Positions 18,717-27,066 of a DNA stretch of 64,000 nt are shown here, piece by piece. The notes below the pieces were generated by a model. The model saw nothing but the letters and a program-made list of their open reading frames with translations. It made no database searches and was not told where the DNA came from. The stretch comes from Vulcanimicrobiota bacterium. GTDB taxonomy: Bacteria > Vulcanimicrobiota > Xenobia > Xenobiales > JADMJV01. A program made the position numbers and the translations under genes. The first letter of the stretch is position 1; every line of letters starts with the position of its first letter. The stretch covers positions 3,392,139-3,456,138 of the forward strand of contig JBFWNU010000001.1 in the NCBI GenBank assembly GCA_050250895.1, in the 5' to 3' direction.

Positions 18717-19269
18717 CGGTCACGTGCGTGACCTGGGTGGGATTGACGAGCAACTGTTAGCACCGTTGCGCCAGCAAGTTTTGGAACGGGCCGACTTCTG
18801 GGCCGGAGCCGACCGCCTAAAGCCCAACCATTTTGCCTGTTTCGAGGGGGCGGCCGAGCATATCGTCTTTCGCTATCCCCAGAGCCCGTCCGACCACCGG
18901 CAGTCGGGCGACTTTCCGTTCTATCGCAAGTGGGCGCCTTTGATCGAACCCATCATCGAAGCCGCCACGGTCAGTTACGGGTTTGCGCGGGGACAGGCCT
19001 CGCGCATCATGCTGGCCAAACTTCGGGCCGGCGGCGAACTGGGGGTGCACGTTGACGCCGCCCCGTCGGCCGAGGTCCCGCACAAGATCCATGTCCCGCT
19101 GGTGACCAAGCCCGAAGTGGTCTTTATCGCCGAAGACGAGGCTTATCACCTGTCCGCTGGGCGGGCCTGGGAGGTCAATAATCGGGTTCTGCATGGTGGG
19201 CGCAACCCTTCGACCATCGACCGGATTCACTTGATTTTTGACTACTTTGACGCCCATGACTTGCACTGA
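18703..19269 (+). CDS. Aspartyl/asparaginyl beta-hydroxylase-like 2OG-Fe(II) oxygenase (copy 1)
   Basis: RIMLAKL, HVD, HKIHVPLVT, EVNNRVLH, DRIHLIFD. Confidence 0.85.
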   Translation: MAWFDGHVRDLGGIDEQLLAPLRQQVLERADFWAGADRLKPNHFACFEGAAEHIVFRYPQSPSDHRQSGDFPFYRKWAPLIEPIIEAATVSYGFARGQASRIMLAKLRAGGELGVHVDAAPSAEVPHKIHVPLVTKPEVVFIAEDEAYHLSAGRAWEVNNRVLHGGRNPSTIDRIHLIFDYFDAHDLH

Positions 19270-20215
19270 GGCCACTCGGTTCAAAGCTTGTCCCGGCATG
19301 ACCGCCTGGTTGCTCGAGCGACAGGTCAGCCTGCTGGTCACCGGCTATGCCAGCGCCCGCCTCTTTCTGGTTGGCAGCCAGCAGGGCCGATTGAGCTTCC
19401 AGGAGCGGGACTTCGTGCCGTGTATGGGGGTGGCTGCCCATCGAGGCCTGATTTACCTCGGCACCCGTACCAGTCTCTGGAGCTTCGACCCCAAGCCCGG
19501 ATACCTCAAGCCGGTTCGCTGCTGGGTGACCGACAACGTGCGCATTCACGATGTCGGGGTCGACCGGGTTGGAACTCCCCTGCTGGTCAACACCCTGCAC
19601 AACTGTCTGGTGACTCCACGCTCGCGGGGTATCGGCTTTGAGGTGGTCTGGAAGCCCGACTTCATCAGTTCGACCGAACAGGGTGACCGCTGTCACCTCA
19701 ACGGCCTGGCCATGCACGCCGGCCGGGCGTGTTTTGTCACCCTGGTGGCCCGCAGCGACGAGGTCGACGGCTGGCGCCAAAGCAAAGTAGGTGGCGGTTG
19801 TGTGGTCGAAGTGTCGAGCCAGCGGGTCGTGCTCGACGGCCTGACCATGCCCCACTCGCCCAGGCTTTACCGTGATCGTCTGTGGGTGCACGACTCTGGC
19901 AGCGGATGGTTGGGCTGGGTCGACCAGACTCGAGGACGATTCGTTCGCCACGCCTTTGTTCCGGGCTTTCCCAGAGGACTCTGCTTCTGCGGAGACTACG
20001 CCCTGGTTGGAGTTTCGACCATCCGTTACTTTGGTCAGACCGAGTTTCCCATCGAGGCAGAGTTGACCAGTCGGGAACTCGACGATTTTTGCGGGGTCTG
20101 TGTGATCTGTCTCGAGACGGGAGCCACGGTGGGGACGCTCTCGTTCGAGGGTCTGGCCGAGGTGTATGACCTGGAAGTGATCCCAGCCCCGCACCTCGAG
20201 TTGAGGTGGACTTGA
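19256..20215 (+). CDS. TIGR03032 (DUF4915) family protein
   Basis: IHDV, VNTLHNCL, WKPDFIS, DRCHLNGLAM, MPHSPR, PGFPRGL. Confidence 0.85.
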   Translation: MTCTEATRFKACPGMTAWLLERQVSLLVTGYASARLFLVGSQQGRLSFQERDFVPCMGVAAHRGLIYLGTRTSLWSFDPKPGYLKPVRCWVTDNVRIHDVGVDRVGTPLLVNTLHNCLVTPRSRGIGFEVVWKPDFISSTEQGDRCHLNGLAMHAGRACFVTLVARSDEVDGWRQSKVGGGCVVEVSSQRVVLDGLTMPHSPRLYRDRLWVHDSGSGWLGWVDQTRGRFVRHAFVPGFPRGLCFCGDYALVGVSTIRYFGQTEFPIEAELTSRELDDFCGVCVICLETGATVGTLSFEGLAEVYDLEVIPAPHLELRWT

Positions 20216-20760
20216 GCTGGTTCGAAGGCAAGATCCGTGAGCTGGGTCCGGTCAACTGTACCGAGCTGACGGCGATGGTCGAACGGACCTCGAAGGCGGT
20301 CTGGACAGCCCAGAGTTTTCGGCAAGATCATTATGCGGTGCACCACCAGACCCGCTCGCTCATTTTTCGCTTTCTGACCGGCGATGGGCTCGAGGGTGTA
20401 GACCAGCCCCCCTGGCTGGCCTGGAAGAGCCTGGTCGAGCCGGTCATCGCCCAGGCTGTTGAAAGCTACGGCTACCGGCAGGGGCGATGCGCCCGGATCA
20501 TGCTGGCCAATCTGCCGGCAGGCTCGTCGATTTCACCCCATCGCGATGTCGGCGAGTCGTTCGCCCGCACCCATCGGCTGCATGTGCCTTTGCTCACCCA
20601 TCCCGAGGTGTGCTTCGAACTCGACGGCGAGCCCTTTCACCTGGCCCAGGGACATGCTTACGAAATCAACAATCTGCTCTCGCATGGGGTGACCAACCCG
20701 GGCCCAGGAGACCGCGTCCACCTCATCTTCGACTATTACGAGGCCTATGAACAGACCTAA
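20206..20760 (+). CDS. Aspartyl/asparaginyl beta-hydroxylase-like oxygenase (copy 2)
   Basis: Paralogue of 18703..19269: RIMLANL, HRD, HRLHVPLLT, EINNLLSH, DRVHLIFD. Confidence 0.85.
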   Translation: MDLSWFEGKIRELGPVNCTELTAMVERTSKAVWTAQSFRQDHYAVHHQTRSLIFRFLTGDGLEGVDQPPWLAWKSLVEPVIAQAVESYGYRQGRCARIMLANLPAGSSISPHRDVGESFARTHRLHVPLLTHPEVCFELDGEPFHLAQGHAYEINNLLSHGVTNPGPGDRVHLIFDYYEAYEQT

Positions 20761-21382
20761 GGTTTTTGGAGTAGGCTTGCCCAAGACCGGCACCACTTCT
20801 CTGGGGCGCGCTCTCGAGTGGATGGGCTATCGGGTCTGCGGCGGGCTCGGTCAAAGGGTGCGCGCCCGGGTCGAGAGCGGCGACCCCATCGAGGCCGTGG
20901 TGCCAGAGTTGGTCGAGCGCGAAGTCGAGCGCCATGACGCTTTTCAAGATAATCCCTGGCCGGTGCTTTTTGAAGAGATGGCCCGACGGTTTCCCGATAG
21001 TCTTTTCGTCTTGACCCTGCGTCCCGAGCAGGAATGGCTGGCCAGCTTCGTTCGCCATTTCGGCTCACGGCACTCTCCCTTGCGCGAGTGGATCTTCGGG
21101 GCGGGAGCGCCGGAGGGTAACGAACAGGCCTATCTTGATTTCTTCCGAGTTCACTATCGTCGGGTCCTGGAGCATTTTGCCGACCAATCCCATCGGCTGT
21201 TGGTACTTCGCTTATGCGAGGGAGAAGGCTGGCAACCCTTGTGCCAGTTTCTGGGACAACCCCAGCCGGACCAGCCCTTTCCCCACCTCAACAGCGCTCG
21301 GGCCAGGGCCCAGCGCCAACTGGATCAGGTGGTCGACGAGCTACGCCGGCAGCGACGTCACCAGTCCGAGTCGTTTTCGTAG
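20747..21382 (+). CDS. Sulfotransferase family protein (Sulfotransfer_4-like)
   Basis: KVFGVGLPKTGTTSL, LTLRP..WLAS, GWQPLCQFLG..P..PFPHLN. Confidence 0.85.
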   Translation: MNRPKVFGVGLPKTGTTSLGRALEWMGYRVCGGLGQRVRARVESGDPIEAVVPELVEREVERHDAFQDNPWPVLFEEMARRFPDSLFVLTLRPEQEWLASFVRHFGSRHSPLREWIFGAGAPEGNEQAYLDFFRVHYRRVLEHFADQSHRLLVLRLCEGEGWQPLCQFLGQPQPDQPFPHLNSARARAQRQLDQVVDELRRQRRHQSESFS

Positions 21383-22131
21383 CCGAGTTCGAGCAGCAGG
21401 TCTCCAAAGCGTCTTTTGAACTCGCCTTTGATCTGGCTATTGAAGTGGTCACGCCAGTCTCCGGCGACTCCGCGCCGGTAGTGGTGATGGACGTCGACCT
21501 GACCGCGCGGGCGTCCCTGGCTCTGGGCCTCAAAGCCGTATCGGTCGAGGGCTTGCTCGAGCAATTCCTGGCAGTCGAGGCGCAAGAACGCAAAAGCCTG
21601 GTGCAAGACCGGTCGAGGCGACTCGATCAGGTCTTCAAAACGGAGTCTCAACAAGCGGTCGGACCACCCGCCACACTCGCGCAACTGCTCGAGGTAGACC
21701 GAGCTATAGTCAAGCTCGAGCAGCAGGCCTTGCTCCATGGGGAGGCTCTCGAGGCTTTGTCGGTGCTCGGCCTGGTAGGCGTGCCTCACCGGGTGGGAAT
21801 AGCGGTGGGAATAGTAGCACGAGACCAGCATGTCCCGCGGGTCTCGGATGAATTCACAGCCGCGGTAGTCGACTCTTTCCAATCGTTCGATCACAGCTGC
21901 GTGAGCGTTGCGGTGCAAGACCACATCCGAGCTGTTCAGGGCGCTTTCCCAACGGTGCAGCATTTGCAGCCAGGCGGCGATCGATTGGGGATGGCGGTGG
22001 GCGCGGGCGGGCAAGTGCTTGGGGCGATGCTCCTGAGTTAGGTCGAGGTCCAGGCCACGCGCTACGAACTTGACCACCTCGCGAACAAAGGTCGAGGCGC
22101 AACGGTGATGACACAGAAAGGCCCTGACCAT
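21358..22131 (-). CDS. Sulfotransferase domain protein (Sulfotransfer_1-like)
   Basis: HHRCAST, IRDPRDMLVSCYYS, RFEDL, RRGVAGDWRDHF. Confidence 0.85.
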   Translation of the reverse strand: MVRAFLCHHRCASTFVREVVKFVARGLDLDLTQEHRPKHLPARAHRHPQSIAAWLQMLHRWESALNSSDVVLHRNAHAAVIERLERVDYRGCEFIRDPRDMLVSCYYSHRYSHPVRHAYQAEHRQSLESLPMEQGLLLELDYSSVYLEQLRECGGWSDRLLRLRFEDLIESPRPVLHQAFAFLRLDCQELLEQALDRYGFEAQSQGRPRGQVDVHHHYRRGVAGDWRDHFNSQIKGEFKRRFGDLLLELGYENDSDW

Positions 22132-22132
22132 C

Positions 22133-23767
22133 TCACGCCTTGCCCGCCTCGACCCACTCCAAGAAGCGTCCCACCAGAATGGTCCGGACCAGGACCTTCA
22201 GGGCGAGATGGTAGGCCCCCGCCGAGAAATCGTCGTCGGCCGGAAGATGATGGAACAGGGGGCGAACCTGATCCCAGTCGATGAAGTGGTTGCAGAGTTG
22301 GCTGTTAGTCAGTCGCTCGAGTTCGCCGCGAAGCGCGGGCGCACAGCCGCGCAAACGGGCTTGCCAGCCAACGTCTTGCATGCCCACGGTGGACCGGTCG
22401 AGGACCAGGTCGGGCACGATCCCTCGCAGGCTGTCGCGCACGGCCCGGCGCTTTTGTCCCTCGCGAGCAAAGAACTCGCGGGGGGCCTGCAGGCAGAACT
22501 CCACCATTCGAAGATCGGTGGTGGGGTCGAGTTCTTCCAGTCCAAAGCGCCCTCGCCAGTAGTTATGCAAAGCACCCACTTTGCCCCGCAGATAGATGCG
22601 CAAGAAACGACCGCGGGGGCTCTGGTCGATGGCTCGCAATCGCTTCTCGAGTTCCAGTTCTCGGGCTCGTTCCGGCCGCAGGGCGAGGTCGGCCTTGCGC
22701 ACCGCGCTGCCCCGGCGAAGCCCAAGCGAGGTGGCCAGACGTTTCTTCCAGTTGGTCTTGGGCAGGCCCGAGGAGGAGAAGAGCAGATTGCCTCCCCGAC
22801 CTCCGATGAGAACGGTCAAGCCAGTCTCGACGGCCCGGGCCGCGATCTTTTCTCCCCAGCCTCCGAAGAGATGACGGGCGGGCTCGCCGGTGAGAGCGTG
22901 CCACTGGTCGTCGATGGCGGCCAGCGGATCACCGGGATCGCGTACATACTCGATCTTCAGGTTGGGATATTGCACGAGCACAGCGTCGATGAAGGGCTCG
23001 TCGCGATAGCTACGCCCAGGCGGCGCGGGCGCCTGACAATCTTCGGGTGGCAAGTAGGTGAAGCAGGGAAACTTTCGCTCGGGCCTTTGCCGGGCCGCCA
23101 GGCACGCTACCGAAGTCGAGTCCAACCCTCCGCTCAGGTGAAAGCCCACCTGTGTGTCCTGGGTCAGACAGTCCTCGACGGCGCAGGTGAAGAGGTCTCG
23201 AAACCGAGACTCGAGTTCGGGCAATTCCCCTCGACGCAGAGGACGATGCCAACGAAAGTCCGCCGGAGACCAATAGCTCTGGATTCGCGTCTGTTGTCCG
23301 TCAAAAAGCAAGAGATGACCCGGGGGAAGCTGGCGCAGGTCTTTAAACATAGTGCGGCTGGGCTCGGCTGTGCGCAAACCGCCTCCCACCAGCGCTGCGG
23401 CCACCGCCAACGGGTCGACCTCGGTCCCCACGCCGGGCAATTGCCGTAACCGGCGGATGTGGTTCGACAGCCAGAGCGGGTCGCCCGAACGATAGTAGAG
23501 GGTTCGGCCCCCCAGCGGTCCTCGGATGGCCACCAGCCTTCGTTCCTCGGTGTTCCAAAAGACGGCGCAAAAGTCATGGGCGACCCGGCTGCATTCGGCC
23601 GCCCCTTTGCTCAAGTAGGCCGCCAACAAGTGCTGCACGCCGCTGGCATCGACGGGAAGGTCAGACCGAAAGCGGGCGTCGGCCACGCCGAGCCAGGGCC
23701 CCACGGCTTCGCCGGACCCGCCGCCGACTGCGACCCGCCCATCGACTTCAAGGCAGAAATCAGCCAA
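22133..23767 (-). CDS. Asparagine synthetase-like lasso peptide cyclase (C protein)
   Basis: LPPGH, HLSGGLDSTSV, GGRGGN, DPTTDLRMVEFCL. Starts 3 nt after the precursor A1 stop. Confidence 0.85.
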   Translation of the reverse strand: MADFCLEVDGRVAVGGGSGEAVGPWLGVADARFRSDLPVDASGVQHLLAAYLSKGAAECSRVAHDFCAVFWNTEERRLVAIRGPLGGRTLYYRSGDPLWLSNHIRRLRQLPGVGTEVDPLAVAAALVGGGLRTAEPSRTMFKDLRQLPPGHLLLFDGQQTRIQSYWSPADFRWHRPLRRGELPELESRFRDLFTCAVEDCLTQDTQVGFHLSGGLDSTSVACLAARQRPERKFPCFTYLPPEDCQAPAPPGRSYRDEPFIDAVLVQYPNLKIEYVRDPGDPLAAIDDQWHALTGEPARHLFGGWGEKIAARAVETGLTVLIGGRGGNLLFSSSGLPKTNWKKRLATSLGLRRGSAVRKADLALRPERARELELEKRLRAIDQSPRGRFLRIYLRGKVGALHNYWRGRFGLEELDPTTDLRMVEFCLQAPREFFAREGQKRRAVRDSLRGIVPDLVLDRSTVGMQDVGWQARLRGCAPALRGELERLTNSQLCNHFIDWDQVRPLFHHLPADDDFSAGAYHLALKVLVRTILVGRFLEWVEAGKA

Positions 23768-23770
23768 TGG

Positions 23771-23911
23771 TCACGACAAGGCGTAAGAAGGAGCAGTCCC
23801 CCCGCCGTCGCCCGGATTGGTATCCATGTTGGTAGCCAGGGTGTTGGAGATATCGAGGCGCGTGAGAACGGGGGCGTTCCACGGTCTGCGCAGGCTGGGC
23901 TCATTACTCAT
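23771..23911 (-). CDS. Lasso peptide precursor A1 (46 aa): MSNEPSLRRPWNAPVLTRLDISNTL-ATNMDTNPGDGGGTAPSYALS
   Basis: Hand-translated. Leader motif WxxPxLxxLxIxxT; C-terminal Ser; lies between the RRE and cyclase genes. Confidence 0.85.
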   Translation of the reverse strand: MSNEPSLRRPWNAPVLTRLDISNTLATNMDTNPGDGGGTAPSYALS

Positions 23912-23985
23912 TGCCAGCCGTTTCGACGGCCTCAATCGGGGCCCTGCTGAAGGATTAGCGCGACCGATGCCAAAAGCGACAATCG

Positions 23986-24252
23986 ATGCTCTCGCGCAGT
24001 AACAACATCGTCGCTAGCGAACTTGATGGGGACCTCGTCATGATGAGCGTGGATACCGGTAATTACTATTCTCTCGACGAGGTGGGAGCGGCCATCTGGG
24101 AGCTGCTCGACCAGCCCCGTCCGACCGGTGAACTCGTAGAAGGGTTAGTCAAACGCTTCGAGGTCGAGCGCGAGACCTGTCTGGAAGATATCAAGCCCTT
24201 TTTGGCCGAACTGTTAGCCGAGGGGATCTTGATCGAGACCGCTCAAGATTGA
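23986..24252 (+). CDS. PqqD-family RiPP recognition element (lasso B1)
   Basis: ELDGDLVMMSVDTGNYYSLDEVGAAIWELL...FEVERETCLEDI..FL..L...GI. Confidence 0.92.
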   Translation: MLSRSNNIVASELDGDLVMMSVDTGNYYSLDEVGAAIWELLDQPRPTGELVEGLVKRFEVERETCLEDIKPFLAELLAEGILIETAQD

Positions 24253-24383
24253 TAACTGCCCATTCCGCCCCCGCCATCTGGCGGGTTGCCAGCGAGGGTG
24301 GTAGAGAGCGTGTTGGCGATCTCGAGCCGGGTTAGCCGGGGTGCCCGCCAGGCACGGCGCGGCATTTCTTGTATGTCTGACAT
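24243..24383 (-). CDS. Lasso peptide precursor A2 (46 aa): MSDIQEMPRRAWRAPRLTRLEIANTL-STTLAGNPPDGGGGMGSYQS
   Basis: Hand-translated. Paralogous to A1 (W.AP.LTRL.I.NTL.T....NP.DGGG...SY..S). Confidence 0.85.
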   Translation of the reverse strand: MSDIQEMPRRAWRAPRLTRLEIANTLSTTLAGNPPDGGGGMGSYQS

Positions 24384-24424
24384 AGCCGAAGCTTCGGCTT
24401 CGGGTAGGTCAGTCCTGCCTCAGA

Positions 24425-24616
24425 TTAGAAGGCGAAGGCGCTGGTCAGATTGGCCACCAGATCGTTGGCCTCGTCGTCGTCCTCGAAGGCCTCGGCGCCC
24501 AGGTTGATGTGGTCGCAAGGGGCGACCGTCCCCGCCACTTCGGGAGCCTGGCCGGCAAAACTCCAGAGTTGATTCTGGTTCTGGAGTTGACTGGTGGAGA
24601 TGTAAGTGTCTTTCAT
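24425..24616 (-). CDS. Small acidic hypothetical protein (63 aa)
   Basis: GAGGT RBS; DHINLG motif; acidic tail. Confidence 0.6.
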   Translation of the reverse strand: MKDTYISTSQLQNQNQLWSFAGQAPEVAGTVAPCDHINLGAEAFEDDDEANDLVANLTSAFAF

Positions 24617-24713
24617 CGTCGTGAAACCTCGCTGCCCTTTGATTCTGCCACAGCAGCCTTAAAGAAACCTTGAGCCCGCCAGGGATCTCGCCTTGACGAC
24701 GGAAGGTCGGGGC

Positions 24714-26051
24714 ATGAAGCGCCCTTCACAACTCGAGCAGTTTCTTGAGAGCCAGCAGGAGGTCGGCCAGACCGAGTCCCATGGCGCCTTTACCATCGCC
24801 CGAGACGAGGCGCTCAGAAAACTGGCCTCGTTTCGGCTGCCCTTCGAGCGCGCCTGGGTACTCAAGATCGTGCAGGCGGCGGTGGCCTCGGGGGCGCCTT
24901 CGCTCGACATCAAGCAAACCTCCACCGATACCGAATTCCACTTCGCCGCTCCCAAGAGCTGGACGCTCGAGCGGTTGGAGGCGGCCTTCTTCAACCCCCA
25001 AATGTCAGGAGATCGCGCCCTGGACCATCTCCTGGCGGGTCTGTGGGGCGCCAGCCTCAACGATGGCCGGCCTTTCCAACTGCTCTGGCCCGGCTGCCCC
25101 GAATCGCTGATCTGGTCGGGCCGCGAGATGACCCGCATCCAGGACCCCGAACCGGTGAGACAAATGCAACTGGTGGTCTCGCACCGGCGCCTCGAGGAAG
25201 GCAAGGGGATCTTCGGTATTCGCTACATTCAGGCCGCCCAGCGCAACGCCGACATTCTCAAGACGCTGACCCACCGGGCCTTCACCTGTTCCATTCCGCT
25301 GCGGGTCGACGCCCGTCGCATGGACGCCCTGCCGCTCTCTCCCAATCACGGTTATAGCCAGGCCAATCATCCCGTCTGTGTGGGCTGGGCCCCCGGCGGT
25401 TCGCTTGTCCTGCCGCCGGGGACCTTCGCGGGTGTGCTCCCCTCCGAACAGACCCACAAAAAAGAGGCCACGCGCTCGCTATCTTCTCAGGTGGAACGGC
25501 CAGCCGTGCCCGACACTAACAAGGTTGTGGCCGCCTGGCTGATGACCACGCATTTTGAAGAGGTCAAAAGCGGCAAGAGCAAGACCTGGAAGCTGCGCGA
25601 CCAGGCCAGCAAGCTCTACTGGGTTCATGACGGGGTGATTCTTGGCTCGGAAGAACTCTTTCCCATCGAGAGGTCTGTTTCCATCGGAGTGTTTGCAGAC
25701 GCGGGCGACCTCAAACTGGACGTCACCGGCTTCGGCATCATCCACGAAGAGGCGCACGAGGCCCGCAGGAAGCGAGTGCTGCAGACGGCGGCCGCCGCTT
25801 TCGAAGCGGTCCCGGTCATCTCGCTGCAGGGCCTGGTCGAGGATGCCCAGCAATCGGGTCGCTCGGTAGGCACCGTCATGGCGGTGGGGGGAGTGTTGAC
25901 GCTGGCCCTATCGCCCTTGCACTCGTTGATGTTCTTCGCCGGGGCCGCCTTTTCTTATTACACGGCCGGCAACGTCGAGGCCGGCATCGAGAGTGGTTTG
26001 CAGACGGCCCTTTCTGACCTGCGGGCTCAGTACTTGTCCGAGTGGGGTTAG
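24714..26051 (+). CDS. Hypothetical membrane-anchored protein with a possible degenerate GHKL/HATPase-like N-terminus
   Basis: GAFTIARDEALRKLASFRLP...WVLKIVQAAVASGA; two C-terminal TM helices. Confidence 0.65.
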   Translation: MKRPSQLEQFLESQQEVGQTESHGAFTIARDEALRKLASFRLPFERAWVLKIVQAAVASGAPSLDIKQTSTDTEFHFAAPKSWTLERLEAAFFNPQMSGDRALDHLLAGLWGASLNDGRPFQLLWPGCPESLIWSGREMTRIQDPEPVRQMQLVVSHRRLEEGKGIFGIRYIQAAQRNADILKTLTHRAFTCSIPLRVDARRMDALPLSPNHGYSQANHPVCVGWAPGGSLVLPPGTFAGVLPSEQTHKKEATRSLSSQVERPAVPDTNKVVAAWLMTTHFEEVKSGKSKTWKLRDQASKLYWVHDGVILGSEELFPIERSVSIGVFADAGDLKLDVTGFGIIHEEAHEARRKRVLQTAAAAFEAVPVISLQGLVEDAQQSGRSVGTVMAVGGVLTLALSPLHSLMFFAGAAFSYYTAGNVEAGIESGLQTALSDLRAQYLSEWG

Positions 26052-26135
26052 AGTGTGCCATGGCCAAGCTTCTGACCGACGCAAAGGGATTCTGCTAGCA
26101 GAGGGCGGCCGTCCGCGGGGGGCGAAGCCTGGTGA

Positions 26136-26504
26136 ATGGAAGAAGAACGCATCGATCCGGAGGATATTCGCCGTCTATCTCGCGGTCTGACGGCTTGCAA
26201 CGTAGGGTTAGGCGGCTATCTGGCCATCACTGTTTTTCTTGGGATTGGCACTTTGCGCGAGTTGTTCGAGGGGATGGCCCTGGCCCTGCCTTTGACTACC
26301 AAACTGCTGCTCGGGCCGCTGGCTCTGCTGACGCCGATCGCGCTGGTGCTAGCGGTGGTGGCCAAAGAGGTTATCTTGAGTGGAAGGCCGCTCCAGAGCC
26401 TGCGGGTCAATATCTACTTCCTGGTGGGTTTCGTGGTGCTGTGGATGTTCATGCTGAAAGGCATGCTCGCGCCCTTGTATCAGCTGATCGGCAACCTGGG
26501 CTAG
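26136..26504 (+). CDS. Small membrane protein resembling a PilC/GspF segment
   Basis: Three TM helices; ELFEGMALALPLTTKLLL and MLAPLYQLIGNLG. Confidence 0.55.
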   Translation: MEEERIDPEDIRRLSRGLTACNVGLGGYLAITVFLGIGTLRELFEGMALALPLTTKLLLGPLALLTPIALVLAVVAKEVILSGRPLQSLRVNIYFLVGFVVLWMFMLKGMLAPLYQLIGNLG

Positions 26505-26505
26505 A

Positions 26506-27066
26506 CTATTTTCGGTCGCCGCCACCCATCAAGAACGGCTCGGGTTGGCGGGGATTGAGCCGCTGAGCCACCTCGTTGTTGAGGCGCGCCGAGAAGGTCT
26601 CGTGATCGTCGCGGTTCGAGATGTTGACCGGGCCGAGTTCGGCCCGCACCTGGGCGGTCACCTCAGCGCGACGAGCGGCTTGCGCCTCTTCGAAATCGTT
26701 GAGCCCGCCCACGATGGACGCACGGGGGCGAGCAGCATCGCCGGAGCCGGCATTACCAGCATTTCCCGCATCACCAGCGTTGCCAGCGTCGCCAGCGTTG
26801 CCAGCGTCGCCAGCGTTGCCCGCGTCACCAGCGTTGCCTGCGCCCCCGGCGTTGCCCGCGCCACCCACTGCGGCGGGAGCGTCGCTGGCGAACTGTTGCC
26901 AACCCTGATTGGCGGCGTTCGAGCCAGATAGCATCTGGAGGAGCAGGTTGAGCAGCTCGGCCAAACCGGGCTGTTGCTGGGCTGTTCCGGTCTGAATTCC
27001 GTTGTTGGAGAAGCCGACAGGGGAGAAGTTGGGTTGTTGAAAGTTGATTCCTGAAATGGTCGCCAT
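26506..27066 (-). CDS. Low-complexity hypothetical protein with AG[ND] repeats
   Basis: GAGGAGG RBS; MATISGINFQQ; tandem AGN/AGD repeats. Confidence 0.7.
   Translation of the reverse strand: MATISGINFQQPNFSPVGFSNNGIQTGTAQQQPGLAELLNLLLQMLSGSNAANQGWQQFASDAPAAVGGAGNAGGAGNAGDAGNAGDAGNAGDAGNAGDAGNAGNAGSGDAARPRASIVGGLNDFEEAQAARRAEVTAQVRAELGPVNISNRDDHETFSARLNNEVAQRLNPRQPEPFLMGGGDRK
26750..26862. repeat. 9/18-bp coding tandem repeat (GCCAGCGTY-type) encoding AGNAGD
   Basis: Visible tandem units such as gccagcgtt/gccagcgtc. Confidence 0.8.

Noticed and set aside
23611-23904. 97-aa ORF MSPACADRG from the track
   Set aside because: Wrong frame; the overlapping frame 23771..23911 encodes the motif-bearing precursor.
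24425-24616. Third lasso precursor
   Set aside because: Lacks the WxxPxL...T leader and the NPxDGGG core shared by A1 and A2.
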